The position numbers were made by a program, and so were the translations under genes. DNA of 64,000 nt from Coniocarpon cinnabarinum (taxonomy: Eukaryota). Location of the stretch: NCBI GenBank assembly GCA_051942205.1, contig JAVECO010000068.1, positions 1-64,000 on the forward strand. Reading direction: 5' to 3'. Numbering within the stretch: the first letter of the stretch is position 1; each line of letters starts with the position of its first letter. The notes under the pieces were generated by a model, which was given only the letters and a program-made list of their open reading frames with translations, was not told the DNA's origin and ran no database searches. Of this stretch, positions 26,904 through 39,260 are shown in pieces.

Positions 26904-27844
26904 TCAAGTGAACGTGGTAGTAAGCGGCGCAGACTCAATGTACACGCCGCTGAAATACCAATCCTCAGGCCCATCCTCTGCGGTATTGGCAGGGTATGAA
27001 GGCAACCGAAGCACACCAAGATGCCAGTCAGCTGCATTCTGTGCCTTCCGTTAGTATGCTCTACATGTATGTAGGTATTGATGGTGTCTGCTCACCGAAG
27101 ATGTGCTTGCGGCTTTTGGTGCAACGATTTGTGTCAACGCATTGCCGGCGGTAGAATGCCAAAGACCAACCGTGCCAGCACTGAAGTCGATGTCGTATGC
27201 AAAGTTGTGCCAGACGTTGGCATCCAAAGTGGTATTCCATTGGCTCTGCCCGCCAATGTCCCATCGCAACTGGTTGTCGCTCGTGCCTTGTTCCCCGGAG
27301 ATCAATCCATACTTCATCTCGGTGAAGTGGCTTTCGAAAAAGTTGACTTGATGTTCACTCAATGTACTCGGCGGGTTGACGTCGCTTCGCTTCATGCTGA
27401 AGTGGTGGTACACGTGGCCTTTGTTAATGGCTGCCGATGTCTGTGGAATGAGCTCAGTCCGGCGCATCGTCTGTCCATTCCAGTATGCGGTGTTGTCGAT
27501 GGTCATCTTTACGCCCTGGTGACTGGACTTGTCCGCTGGATTGGCGTAGGATGGTGAGAGGTTGACATATTCAGTCACGGCGCCAGGGCCGTGGATGTAG
27601 TATTGATATGGCCCAACTTGGTTCGACCATGACCCTTTGCCTCGTCAGTCCAGGGTAGGCAATGTCTCTGTCGGAGCACACACAATTGTTCAAGTCAGTC
27701 GATGACTGCAGGTCATTGAATCGGCCATCCCAGAGGATTGTACCTGAGTGATTTGTAAGTAATGAAGTTTGAACGTGCGATCGATCACGAACCTGCAAGA
27801 GCAGAGCAGCAGAGTCCCTGCACGAGTGCGAGCGTTGAGAGCAT
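26904..27844 (-). CDS. Glycoside hydrolase family 131 beta-glucanase, secreted, no CBM
   Basis: Signal peptide MLSTLALVQGLCCSALA, then GTILWDGRFND, WSNQVGPYQYYIHG, WNGQTMRRTELIPQT and a last exon NAADWHLGVLRLP...DWYFSGVYIE. Confidence 0.92.
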
Positions 27845-28369
27845 CGTTTCCTGTTGTGGCCGAAATGTGTGCGCTCGAGGGTTGTCCTTGCAACCCCATA
27901 GCTGGCTTTGACTGACATTTGTATTGCGAGATTACGGGTGCTGGTCAGATGAGGCTGTGTTTCATTCCCTTGTGCCGAGACATCGTCGTAGTCAATTGAT
28001 GTAGACCTGCCTTCTGCGTGTATAGCTATCCTGGTACAGCCAGGGTCTCAAGGTTTCATCCCAACTCGTGTCGGTGACAGCGGGAAGGGCAGGTAGTGCT
28101 AGCGAGCGTGTAGCAATGCATGCATTGGGTCATTGAGACTCTTTCGACAGCGCCCTGAATAGCGACAACTCTAGCAGGTAGTCTGTGACAGGGCGCGCGA
28201 CGTGCGTAGCGAGACTGGTAGCTCAATGCGGATTTGAGAGCGCGTCGGCGGTTATACCGCGCCCGCAATCTCATCTCGGTTCTCGCTCACCCTGCCGACT
28301 TTTTTCGTGTCAGACTTTTGCCACTGTGGAGAGCTCGCAGGCTTGTCTCGCTCCACCATTACCTATGTT

Positions 28370-29560
28370 CTTGTCGGAGCTTTCTCAGAACTTGAATGTG
28401 TCCTTAGATGCCGAATGCTTCGATGACGTAAGCGCAGAGAATACACTGACTTGCTCTGCGCTCGATTCCTCAGCAATATTAGCAACATACCAGAACCGCC
28501 GTGTCCAAGGCTTCCCTGCACACTCGCACGGCAATGTCCAAGAGCTCTACGTATCGCCTGGCGCGCCGCTGCTACGTTGAATGCACCCTGCTTTCGCTGG
28601 AAGCTCCAAATCAAGGTAGTTGCAGGCTTCTGACAGCGTTCCCAGGTACTTCCCAGTACAGCTTTCTCCCACCCGATCGATCGCGCCGCTGTACGCATGC
28701 CACTCTCCCGCGGAAAGATGACTGGCTCTCATTACATATAACGAGTGGACGTTGGGAGCAATGTTCTGGAGCTTGCTCGATCGGTCTGGCGTAGCCAACT
28801 CCTGTAAAAAGGTCCCTCCACCAGCATTGCTGTGAGGACATTGATCAGCAAAATGACCATTCATAAATTCCACGGGAAGGCACCATATACCCACCACAAG
28901 GTTCCTTGATACTGTAACGCAGGTCCATGGTGTGCCAATGCCCACGTTGCAGCTTCTATCGATAACAAAATGACAAAGACTGGTTTCATGCTTTGCAAGG
29001 AGAACGCTCGGTATCGCAGCAGTGGATATCAGCAAGGTAAGGAATCCAGTAGCATCAGCGCGTGTGCACAAGGCTTGGACATGGGCATTAGCCTGTCTTG
29101 CGAAGCTGTCAGGGAAACGCTGAAAATAAACACGCGATTTCTGGAGATGTCAAAAACTCCGCCCGCGCTTCGTAGGAGAATTCCTCGCATACTCTGGAAC
29201 TGCTTGCCCGCCCAGATGCATATTTTTAGGCCTATGTGTAAGGCTATTGGTCTGCACGGAGGCAGAAGAGGGAAATGAAGACTCCCAAAACGGACGAGGA
29301 TCCGAGCGATCCTTCGAGTGCGGCTCACGTTTCAACAAGCCGTGATTCGACCAAGCTGGGCTATCAACAAGTCGGACTGTTGTTCGACTAACAATCGCGT
29401 GTCAGTACTCAATGTGCAAAAGACGTTCCGTGGACGCAGCCAAATTGTCCATTTGACCATCCCCTTCGTGCTCATTGCCCGCCTTGTCACCCGCCTCCAC
29501 GTCCAGCAGGTTTGCCTTGAATCTCTCGTTAACGTAGCTCACATGAGGGTCGTAGCACAT
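28370..29560 (-). pseudogene. Possible degenerate gene (chain of interrupted ORFs)
   Basis: ORFs 29150-29338 and 28547-29071 share a frame and are separated by one TGA. A branch/acceptor-like signal lies near 29390-29407. No recognisable domain. Confidence 0.25.
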
Positions 29561-29562
29561 AG

Positions 29563-30577
29563 TTACGGAATCACCGAATCGCTATAGCCCCTCATCCTTG
29601 CCAGCTCTGATGGCAGACACCCCCAGCGATCCTTGATGGTCTTATCTGCACCCCCGGCCAGGAGGATTTCAATGAGCTCGGTGTTCCCTCTTAGCGCAGC
29701 TTGATGCAGAGGGGTACCAGGTCGCGCGCAGGGACTGGCGTAAGGAGCGTAGAAATAATCTACGTCCACTGCGTTCACAGGAGCCCGCCCATCTACAAGC
29801 ATTTTCAGCACTACGGCTGCATCTTGCTCACGGCACAGAGCCCAGTGCAGGAGCCTTCCGTGGCTTATATCCACGCCATGAGAGAGGAGCTTAACCACTG
29901 TCGCGACTGGCCTAATCAGATTCCCTCAGTACAATCCATGTCCCGTGCTCAACCAAGGGTAACGCGACTTACGCTCGATCTATAGCAAAGCAAAACGCAG
30001 TCGTGCATGGATGTGCGGCTGCGTCTGGGGAAGCGCCTTTTGAAAGGAACCAATCGACCAGCTCCTCGTTATGGCCAATGAATCTACCACGTTGTAAGTG
30101 CCAGGTTCTCTCCTCTGAGTTACTTTGCCTGCGGACCGTATGAGAATCTTGTGTGATGCCCACTTACCCCAGCACGGGCGGAAGACGCCCCCCATACGTC
30201 GGTCCGTTGATGTCCCAGCCGAAGTCAAGAAATGCTTGAAACCCTGAGGGCGATTCCGCGCCAATAGCTAGATCGACCGGGAAGATTTCCGAGTCCTGCT
30301 GCGGCCACAGAGATGCTGGCCAGAGGGAGAAGGGGTACGATACCGATTCTTCACACCCATATAGTGTAGCCGTCTCGAGCGCTGGATGGAGATATTGCGG
30401 ATGAGGTCGTCCGGGTTCCACAAACATGCCCGTCGGCCAACGCGAGACGGCATGTCGGAGCTCATCGACATCTTCATGCCGACATGCACGCTGAAGGTCA
30501 AAGACTTGTGCTGTGACATCGCATGCTCCGTTGAGGGTGCTGTACACGATACCCAGCGGGAGAGGACTTGGCACCAT
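29563..30577 (-). CDS. Small ankyrin-repeat protein (3 exons)
   Basis: AFLDFGWDIN, LVDWFLSKGASPD and GTPLHQAALRGNTELIEILLAGGADKTIKDRWG. Two GTAAGT-donor introns join the ORFs. Confidence 0.85.
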
Positions 30578-32646
30578 CTTGTCGCAGGTGTAGTGAAATT
30601 GGTGACGAAGGTTGCACGTACAGGAAGTCTAATATTGGATCGACAGACAAGCAAGGAAGTATTGCGAAGAAAAATATGACAAGCTGTCACATGCACTGCT
30701 TTATGGAGTGAGACCGTGAACAAGTTGCAGTCGCATGTAAGAAGCACAAAGATAAGAGGCGTAGGCGACAACTTGCAGAGAGCCGGCCTCTTTGCGCCGC
30801 ATTGCCGTGCGCACAAATGTGTGAGTGCCTCGAGGCAGCATCTAGAGTGGCTTAGAGCACGTTGCCAGCGTGCGAAGCGGTTCAATGCAACTACGTGTCT
30901 ATTGTCAACTAGGAAGTGAAGCTGGTAGATGATCGTCACTCCCACTCGGATGCAGTCAAACGACGATGCTCCTCTTGGAGTGGTTTTCAAGCGAGGAGGT
31001 CGTTTAGGGAAGCCGTGACGTCAAGATGGATGCATGTAATGTGCCTCCTGTGCCCTATCATGTCATTCCATCTATTTCGCAAACTTCGCTACCGTCGGCA
31101 TAACCCCTGAGCGCCATGAAGACGAAAAGTTGCTCCTCGGTAACGACGCCCTGTTCGTGAACGGTCCAAGACCCGTGGTTTAGCAAACGACGCACCGCTC
31201 ACGCCTTATTGCAAGCATCGGGAAAAATGGGGTCAGCATTTTCTTGCAAGTGGCTGCAGCTGGCCACGAGGCGTGCGGCGTCGCCTCGTCTCCGCATGCA
31301 AAGTTCACACGTGGCTGCTTCGTCTTAAGAGGCCTGTCATGAGGTGTTCGATGGTGAAATGTAGCCTCTTCACATGTGTCTGACGCAGCGAGCCTCATGG
31401 TTGTCCTATCAGCTTTCGCTCCTACTGGTATGTGGATAAGCTGGCGAGTGAAGGTCACGATTCCTTTCACAGATCGACGTCGACACAGTGTTCAGTTGAA
31501 AAGCAAGATACACATGATTGACTCTCGGGCGAGTCTTTGGAAGATGCATAACAATCTTTTCCTTCCGTGTTCAATCTCTTGTACTTTACTTTGGTCGTAT
31601 CCTCTCTCACTCAAACCGCTTACACAGCCTAAACGCTTCAAATTCCAGAAGCCCCTCGTTCATTTCTCAAGTCCTTATTAATGCATCCTCTGAGTTTTAC
31701 CGTCACCACCACGCCACAGAGGTTGGGGAAAATAGCGTTGTATTTGTTGCTTCTGATACAAGCCGGGTGGTCGGAGCCAGTCATCTGATAAGCGATCATG
31801 TCAGCGTCATTGCAAACGAGGCAAGTCGTCCAATTGACCCCTGCAGGCTGTCATGCTAATAGCCACGATCATAGCGCGGGACGATTTTTGTCGTCTCCAA
31901 CAAATTCCGATCGCGGGACCGCCGGGCCCTACGACATACGGTGTTCGTTCTCTGGATACAGCTTCAATGCCTGGCCCCTATCTGATTGAGCTCCGCTGCT
32001 TGATCTCCCTTGAGAAAAGCGCCATCAATGTTTTAGTGTCGGCTGGTCGGCAAATCGATCTTTCGTCGACTTGGTCAGTCAGTGACTACAAGATCTCGGC
32101 GCTGTGCAGAGAAGCACTGCAGACGCCAAGGATATACATCACCATACCCCAGGTCGACAAGAATGGTGAATCCAGATCTCATGATGTGTGTGGTCGAATG
32201 GATCTGTGCTATGCAAGAACGACTGAAGGTGTGTCCACATGTTGAGCTAACGATGTTCCAGGGGTATGAACCCCAAGCACTGCATTTGAGACGGAAAATA
32301 CACAGTTTGCACCAAGCATCTCGCGTAATTACAGTGAGCTACTTTTCACACAGGAGATACGACAAGACTCGTATCGACATGCAAGCAGACATGGCGTCAC
32401 CCTCAGGATGCCGACGATAACACTGACAGACTCAAATGAATTCGTCTATAAGCCGTATCCATCGTGTCCTATTCCCACAGTCGACCTCCGAACAAGAAAA
32501 TGAAAATAGAAAAGAAAAAAAATACAAGAGGAAGCCTCACTCGCATCACGCAAGAGTGCCTCTCTCGAGTCACCAAGCCACACTTCCCTTCCAAGGCGCA
32601 AACCTAACCGTCTGCATTGCCTTCCCTCCTTCTATTCAAGATCGGC

Positions 32647-33606
32647 TTACTCTTGCTGGCCACCACCATGCGTGCACGCAGTGAAATGAAGACTGCTCGA
32701 CCCGCATGGCAGCGAGGGCTCCCCCTTGGTTCCGTCCTGCGCCTGACTATTGTAAGCGTTCGGGCAGGGGAACTGGTTCGGTCCACAGGGGATAGGCAAG
32801 CAGGTGGTGTTCTGCAACTGCAGAGTCTGTCCGTTGGCTTGAAAGGGGTTGCCCTTTTCAAAAGACAAGTCATACGTCATCGTTCCGTCGCCGTGCATGG
32901 TGAACTCGACCTCGGAATTGCCGTGACCGGCACTGTAGTCGGCCTCCCACGCACAGCCGTCGTTCCAGCCCATCTTGTAGGCCTGCGCGCTCCCGGCCAT
33001 GGCAGAGGTGTTGGAGGAACCGGAGGGGATCTCGGCCATGGTGGGATTATTGCCGACGCCTAAGTAGATGGACTGCTTGCAATTGTTGAGGATGGTGATC
33101 ATGGGGTTGCTACTATCCCCTTGGAACTCAGCACTCGGGCTGTCGCCTCCAGAAGAGCCGCCGGAGCTACTCTGAGAGCCCGTAGGAGCAGTTGCAGCGG
33201 CCGACGAGGTCGTCGTGGGGGCTACCTGCGAGTAGCTGATGGGCTGGTAGCTGCTTGGTTGGTAAGCACTGGGCTGGGAGTCGGCCGGCTGCTGGTTATT
33301 GTTGTTGTTGCCCGGCGAGTAATTCTTGCCCTGTTTGTTGCTCACATCGTTGGCCTCAGCAGCCACGACGGGGCTGTTCGACCCTTCGGGAAGCACCAGG
33401 GGGTTCGCCGATGCTGACGTCGCCGCTGCTGCTTGGCTTTGGGCACCTGTGACGGTGGTGTAGACGGTCACCACACTGCCCTCTTGAGCGACAGGTGCAG
33501 CATCCCGTGCGTGGTGCTGGTGGTGATGCTGATGACTGTGAGGAATGGCAGCGTTGAGTGTCGCCAAAGTTGTGCCAATGATGGCCAAAGTCTGTCCGGT
33601 GTACAT
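32647..33606 (-). CDS. Secreted Ser/Gln-rich protein with C-terminal BYS1/thaumatin-like domain
   Basis: Signal peptide, His-rich segment, low-complexity linker, then ITILNNCKQSIYL...EVEFT...TYDLSFEKGNPF...C..C..C...FTAC, resembling BYS1-family motifs. Confidence 0.7.
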   Translation of the reverse strand: MYTGQTLAIIGTTLATLNAAIPHSHQHHHQHHARDAAPVAQEGSVVTVYTTVTGAQSQAAAATSASANPLVLPEGSNSPVVAAEANDVSNKQGKNYSPGNNNNNQQPADSQPSAYQPSSYQPISYSQVAPTTTSSAAATAPTGSQSSSGGSSGGDSPSAEFQGDSSNPMITILNNCKQSIYLGVGNNPTMAEIPSGSSNTSAMAGSAQAYKMGWNDGCAWEADYSAGHGNSEVEFTMHGDGTMTYDLSFEKGNPFQANGQTLQLQNTTCLPIPCGPNQFPCPNAYNSQAQDGTKGEPSLPCGSSSLHFTACTHGGGQQE

Positions 33607-35308
33607 GTTCGTGTATGTTGTATGATGGCAGGTAAATCGCTAATAAATTCTGTCCTAGCTGTTTCCTTCCAAATCACAATGCTGGAACAGTGTCGCAGAG
33701 TGGTATCTTGTAATGAGTGGCACGAGCAACCAGTTGCTCTACGTGAACAGTGAATCACGTTGTGTGTAAATGAGTGGATGGAGACAAGGGTCTACTGACA
33801 GGAAGGAAAGAACGAGAGGAGGGAAGAATAACATAAAAGAGGCGGGGGTGCCGCGAGTATATTCTTATGGCAGACAACGAACGGCATGGTGCTGGAAGGG
33901 CCACAAAGCATCGGAGCGACCAAGGCGGGCAGGCAGGAAGCGGCTAGACAAATTGACGGGGGCAGCGGTCTCAGGTTGGCGCGCGAATCCCTCGTTAGAG
34001 ACAAACCGACGAGCCTACCAAGTGGGCGGCACAGCAGCGTCTAAGGAGGCTGCTGGATCGGGGGAGTATCAGAAGTTGCAGAGGCCAACACTGTCCGCTG
34101 GGCATGCGAGGCAGCAAACATGGCAGACACTCTGACAATCGATAGTGTCTCGGGTGCACGCCACGCGCAGCAATGGCATCGAAGATAGAAGGCGGTGCCG
34201 GTTTGCCGTCGAAAGCAGATGCAGAGTGTGTCGCGGTCGTCGTTTGTATGCACATGGCAAGCGGCGACGAAGGAAGATAGGCACGGCAGAGCTGCCAACG
34301 TCGACGAGCTTGCAGGAACGGCTGAGGCGCCGGACGGATCGCCACACGAGCCAGAACAAGGAAGACGGGGCGCGGCTGGGTGCGGCTCGCGTGTTGGATT
34401 TTCAGAGTCAAGGCACGATTGTTTCAGAGCGATGCCATGGCCTCGAGCGTGAGCGTTCTGGCGTTCTTTGTGCTGAACTGGATGCGAAAGGGACGCGCGT
34501 CTGCAGTCTAGAGTGCGTTGAAGAGTGAGTGCTAAGGTAGGTAAGTAGGTAGAGGTAGGGGCGGGCGGCTGTGCAAGGTTGGTCTAGACCCAGGTGGGTA
34601 AGGTCGATATACTGGTATACTGGGCCACCCGCCAATGACAGTGGAGCCGAGGCCAGGCGCCCGGGCAGGGTCGAGGAGACATCTGGCTCCCGGAACGCCA
34701 GGACAGCTGGACTGAACATGATCACGTGGTCGCAGCAAGGCGGTCACGTGGCGGTGTCTTGGTGGGGCGCGGGCGCGTCTCAATCCACGCCATCCAACCT
34801 TAATGCTGTTTCCTCTTGACTTACCACTCCTGCCACAGCGCAGGGATCCTATTGCCCTCCGGGCCTGCTTCACTCTGCGGCCGCAGTATTCTCCCGGGTG
34901 CTCGTAGCAGTAGATACCTCCTGACATTGTCACATCGGTATTCTTGCGCGTCCACAATCCGGCCAGGCATGGGAGTGACGGTGGACTGTAAGACTCCACG
35001 TAGCTCGGTGCGATACTTGCTGCAAGCGGGAATTTCTTCTCTTCTCAGCTCGTAGCAGCCCGCCCGCCCCGGACTTTGGTCTCCAAGTGTTCCCAAGACG
35101 GTGAATCATTCGCAATATCGCCCTTTGGTCTACACAAGACACGTGTCAAAGGCGTGGTTCTGGCACAGTCCTCTGTCTGTTTGCGAGATGACCTTGTCAG
35201 ATTATATACGATCGACACTGGTCTTTGTAGTTCGTGGCCATTAGCAATGCTCTCGAATGGGGATGCGGTCTGCACTAGCTCCGAGGGACTCACATTATGA
35301 CTACGTGT

Positions 35309-36379
35309 TCACGCGCTGTCTCGACCATGGTCATCAACAAGCGACGATGGATCTTTAGTGTTGAGCTTCGGCCTCGTATTCTTCTTACTTTTCGTCTCGC
35401 TTGCGGCATACCCCTTAAGCCCAGAGATCACTACGCCGCGTTCGACCAACACCTGGCCACTTTTCTCCTCGACGCGCTCAAACAAGTCAACGGGCACAAC
35501 CCCGTTGTCGTCACCCTCAGTCAGCACCACCCCGTTTGCGCTTTGGAACAGCAGTAGCCCCTTGTCTAATGCTTTTTGCACGTCCAAGAAGATTAGTATG
35601 TTGCTCGTATTCCGCATGCCACTGATGATTGCTGGAGTCGTAGGCTCTTGAACGGATAAGGCTGCTACAGTCGATGTCATGGTCGGCTCGACCATACCTG
35701 GATCAGGACTAAGCTGGTTGCTACGTCTCAGCCCACGTGGAATTCCTGTAGCAAAATGAACATGATTGCGCGTCATGGGCTTTAAGCCGCCCGTCTCCAA
35801 AATTTTTGGCCAGGCTTCATGTCTCGTTCCATGAACCACGACTTCTGGAAGATTGCCTGCTTCTCGTGTAATGGGGATAAGAAGGTCTGCCGAGTCGGTG
35901 AGCTTGATGGAATGTCCTTGGTTAGCACGTATTAAGTAATGAGAAGGGTCTGCATCAGGATTTGCCACAGCTGCTTCTGTAGTCGACAAAGCTTGATTCG
36001 TGGTGGATATTTCATCGAGCTCGGTCTTGTCCTCGTGTTGCCCAGAACTTGATTGTGATTTTTGCGGGTCCACATCAGCAATGTGCGCCAATCCGTAGCG
36101 TTTCTTCTCATTCGTGGCGACCACGTGTTTGACTTCTTCGAGAGTGACATGAGCAGACTTGACCATTTGAACGGCTAGCAGATCGGCGAGATTGACATAG
36201 CCCCCAACGCCTAGTGTAAGGCCCTGCTTCTCGGCACCATGTCGAAGAAGGAAAGAAAACTTCTTGGAAATCTGCACCTCCCGTGGTGGTGGACCAGATG
36301 TGCGCTGTCTACGATTGCTGTTGCCTGCACCATCGGCTGCTTTGGGTCCTTGAGGCGTCTTGCGATTTGTTTTGCCCAT
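35309..36379 (-). CDS. TPT1: tRNA 2'-phosphotransferase (KptA/Tpt1)
   Basis: ISKKFSFLLRHGA, NEKKRY, IRANQGHS, VHGT, MTRNHVHF, ISGMR and SANGVVLTEG motifs. Confidence 0.95.
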   Translation of the reverse strand: MGKTNRKTPQGPKAADGAGNSNRRQRTSGPPPREVQISKKFSFLLRHGAEKQGLTLGVGGYVNLADLLAVQMVKSAHVTLEEVKHVVATNEKKRYGLAHIADVDPQKSQSSSGQHEDKTELDEISTTNQALSTTEAAVANPDADPSHYLIRANQGHSIKLTDSADLLIPITREAGNLPEVVVHGTRHEAWPKILETGGLKPMTRNHVHFATGIPRGLRRSNQLSPDPGMVEPTMTSTVAALSVQEPTTPAIISGMRNTSNILIFLDVQKALDKGLLLFQSANGVVLTEGDDNGVVPVDLFERVEEKSGQVLVERGVVISGLKGYAASETKSKKNTRPKLNTKDPSSLVDDHGRDSA

Positions 36380-37191
36380 CTTCAGACCCACGGCAGCATG
36401 ACAGCGAGTTTTGAGCCTTCGAGAAAACTTGATCCAGCTTAATGGTGCAATGATGAATGCTCGTTGGATCGTCGCAGGCGTACGAGTCGTGAGCTCTGTC
36501 GAGCTCGATTTTGCTGCAGGGTTGTAAAAAAAATTGACTTCTGTTCCTGATGATTGCTCATTAGTTACCCTTCCAAGTAATTCTTTCATGCTTGAGAATA
36601 GCGTTAGAGCCACCTTATTTATTGATTTTCGGAGAGAGCCTTCTCTTTTACCTACCTCGACGGCGTGGGTCTCTGGAACATGGTTCGCCCATGGAAAATG
36701 AAACCTTCGCCAATCGCCGGATCCCAGATGGGCTGGCCTATCACTGCTGCGTCATCTTATAACGTCCGTGACCTCGTTGACGAGATCGTGTTAAGTTGCA
36801 TGACGAAGTCGCGTTCTCATCATTTCAGGCCTTGTCAAATACAGCGTGCGGGCGCCTGCCCTTCGCTCGGTCTTAGCCTCTTGCGTCGCCCAGGACCTGC
36901 ATCATGACAGTATCACGGAGCTCGTCATTTCCGCCTTTTGTAACGTGGTCAGCCAAGCCACTCGTGCAGCTCATCTTGGGTGACCATGACGGAGGAACTT
37001 GTCCAATCAGTCCGACTATTCATATCAAAGAGCCAGCAGCTCTATGTCTCATCTACTGCAAAGTCCATCTCCGATACAAGTTGTTGCATGCAATGGTAAC
37101 GAAAGAAACGTTCACTAATAAGCAGGGGTGCCATCCATCAAAGATGCAATCAGACGAGTCGGTGCAAGACTGTGCTCACAATATGACGAGA

Positions 37192-38181
37192 TCATGTCGC
37201 CATCCTCATTTTTAGTAAATCATGACGTTCAATCTCCTCACTGCGCTCGAGCAGCTCGGCCATGTCCCAATTACAGCCAATGTATCTGCCTGCTAACCAG
37301 CTCCTTCGTTCTCTACACAACCATGCCAACGTTTCTCCAGCCAATGTGGGACTCTCGACAAACAAGGGATGCATGTGTTTCGGCATCGTCATACTGAGCT
37401 GACTCTTGACGGCGCCTGGGTGTATCACGAACGGTATGACCTCCCTAATGGAATGTTGTTGCTCCTGCTGCTGTGTAGCAAGTTCAGCCGCCAAGCATTC
37501 AACGACACGATGGACCGCGGTTTTGCTCGCGTTATATGCACTCGAGCCATCGTAGAGGAGGTGCTGCACGACGCTGCTGAGGGCAACGAAGTAGCCGCAT
37601 CCATCGTTGGCACCCCTTTGTCCGTCATCGACAGATGAGTGCCGGTGGGCTCGCTGTAGTAGAGGAACAAATGCCCGAGCGACCAGATAAACACCTTTCA
37701 GATTCACTTCCCAGGTGTTCCACCAAGTGTCAGGATCTGAATCCAGGATCCGTGTAAAGGGGTCCAGCGTCCCATGCGCAGCAATCACGACGTCAAGCCT
37801 CCCCTCAAAACCCTCCGCAACACGTCTTCTACATCTGTCAACGCTTTCTTGTGACCTGACGTCAAGGTCGAGTCCCAAAACTTCAGGATCCTCGACACCA
37901 CATTTGCTAGAAGCGCTCTTGATGTCTTCGGCGAGGAGATCGAAAGATCGCGCCGCAGTGGCCTCCCGTGGCGCGGCGAACGCGATAGATGCACCCGCGC
38001 GGGCAAAACTAAGGCAGATCTCGCTGCCGATTTGACCAGTCGCGCCTACTACGAGCACTCTTTTTCCCTTCATCGAGCCAGGCAAGGACTCGAGGAAGGA
38101 ATAGGGCTTATCATGATATGTAGGCGTGTATACCTTTGTGCCGCGCGGGTAAGAGATGAGCGATTGATGACTGGTGGACAT
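37192..38181 (-). CDS. Short-chain dehydrogenase/reductase
   Basis: VLVVGATGQIG Rossmann motif, WEVNLKG, SS..YNASK catalytic YxxxK and IHPGAV. Confidence 0.92.
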   Translation of the reverse strand: MSTSHQSLISYPRGTKVYTPTYHDKPYSFLESLPGSMKGKRVLVVGATGQIGSEICLSFARAGASIAFAAPREATAARSFDLLAEDIKSASSKCGVEDPEVLGLDLDVRSQESVDRCRRRVAEGFEGRLDVVIAAHGTLDPFTRILDSDPDTWWNTWEVNLKGVYLVARAFVPLLQRAHRHSSVDDGQRGANDGCGYFVALSSVVQHLLYDGSSAYNASKTAVHRVVECLAAELATQQQEQQHSIREVIPFVIHPGAVKSQLSMTMPKHMHPLFVESPTLAGETLAWLCRERRSWLAGRYIGCNWDMAELLERSEEIERHDLLKMRMAT

Positions 38182-39260
38182 CGCTTACAGCAGTCGGTGG
38201 TGCTGTTGGTCTTTCTCATATTAGTGAGAAGGTAACCTTTCTCAGACGAATATTGTTTCTAGATATCGGAAGCCGTGATGCCGAGCTAGCGAGCACACCA
38301 AGGAGGCCTTTCTGCTGGTTAGGCGAACGGCGTCACTTGGTGGGCTTATAGCGTACCACTATTTAGAACAGACGTTGTCACCCATCGTGCCATCGTGCGC
38401 ACTGACATTATGCGGAGCCAGAAAGAAAAGACGTCCGCATGACCTCATACTGCCGCCGCTGCACGACACAGTCGCGATGTCTGAGCAAGCGACGTAATAG
38501 AGCCTGTAGCTCGGCATTAGTCACGGTGGTACAGTCTCACAGCATCGAATGAGACGGGGGGGCCAACGCGTCCTGGCAAGTCGACAGGGTTTAGGAGCCG
38601 GCATGACTAAGTTGCGGGACAGAGGCTGCAAGTGGCATCGATCGCCATATCGCCGCGGTTGAGGGCTATATCGAAGCTTGGAGGGTCCGGTGGCTGTTGA
38701 TGTGAGGACAGCCCCGTGTGCAGAGGATGGTGTCGTTGGTCAGAGTCGCTGGCCATCGTGCCGTCGTGCGGTGTCAGGAAACGAGCTTCACCGCGAGGCC
38801 ACAAATCGGGCGCGGACAGCATGTTTCGAGGGGCGTGTAGGAGGCGCCCGCAAGGTAGCTGGCACGCTGGCTTAATTGAGCCTCAAAATTAGCCGGCGCC
38901 ATGGGGTTGGATGCCGGGACGTCACCCTGCCGATACCCGATACGCGCTGCCCCACGTGGTGTTCGCCTATTCGAAGATGAGGTGCCGAGGCCTGCCAGCA
39001 GTCGATGGCAGAGCGGCGTAACATCCGATGCCCTCGCTGGACTCGACGCGTTCCTTCAGCTTGAGACAAGGCCGGGCGTCGAGAGGCTCATGCCCTCACA
39101 GGAGTGCTGTGCGGCACTTCCTGCAGCCCGGGTGCGTCACCGCGGGCTCCGTGGGCTCCAGTGAAGAAGCTCTGTCAATCAGCTCTCAACATCAGACCTG
39201 ACTCCCTGACGGCGCGTCTCAAGATGTTTAAGAGGCACATGATCATGTTGCTCAAACTCG

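Noticed and set aside
38200..39260. GC-rich intergenic stretch with AGGGTTTAGG (telomere-template-like) and a hairpin at ~38861-38900, considered as telomerase or other structured RNA
   Set aside because: The motif matches TTTAGGG rather than the usual Pezizomycotina TTAGGG. The interval (~1.1 kb) is short for a filamentous-fungal telomerase RNA, and such hairpins are expected in GC-rich DNA. An Rfam or covariation search would be needed.
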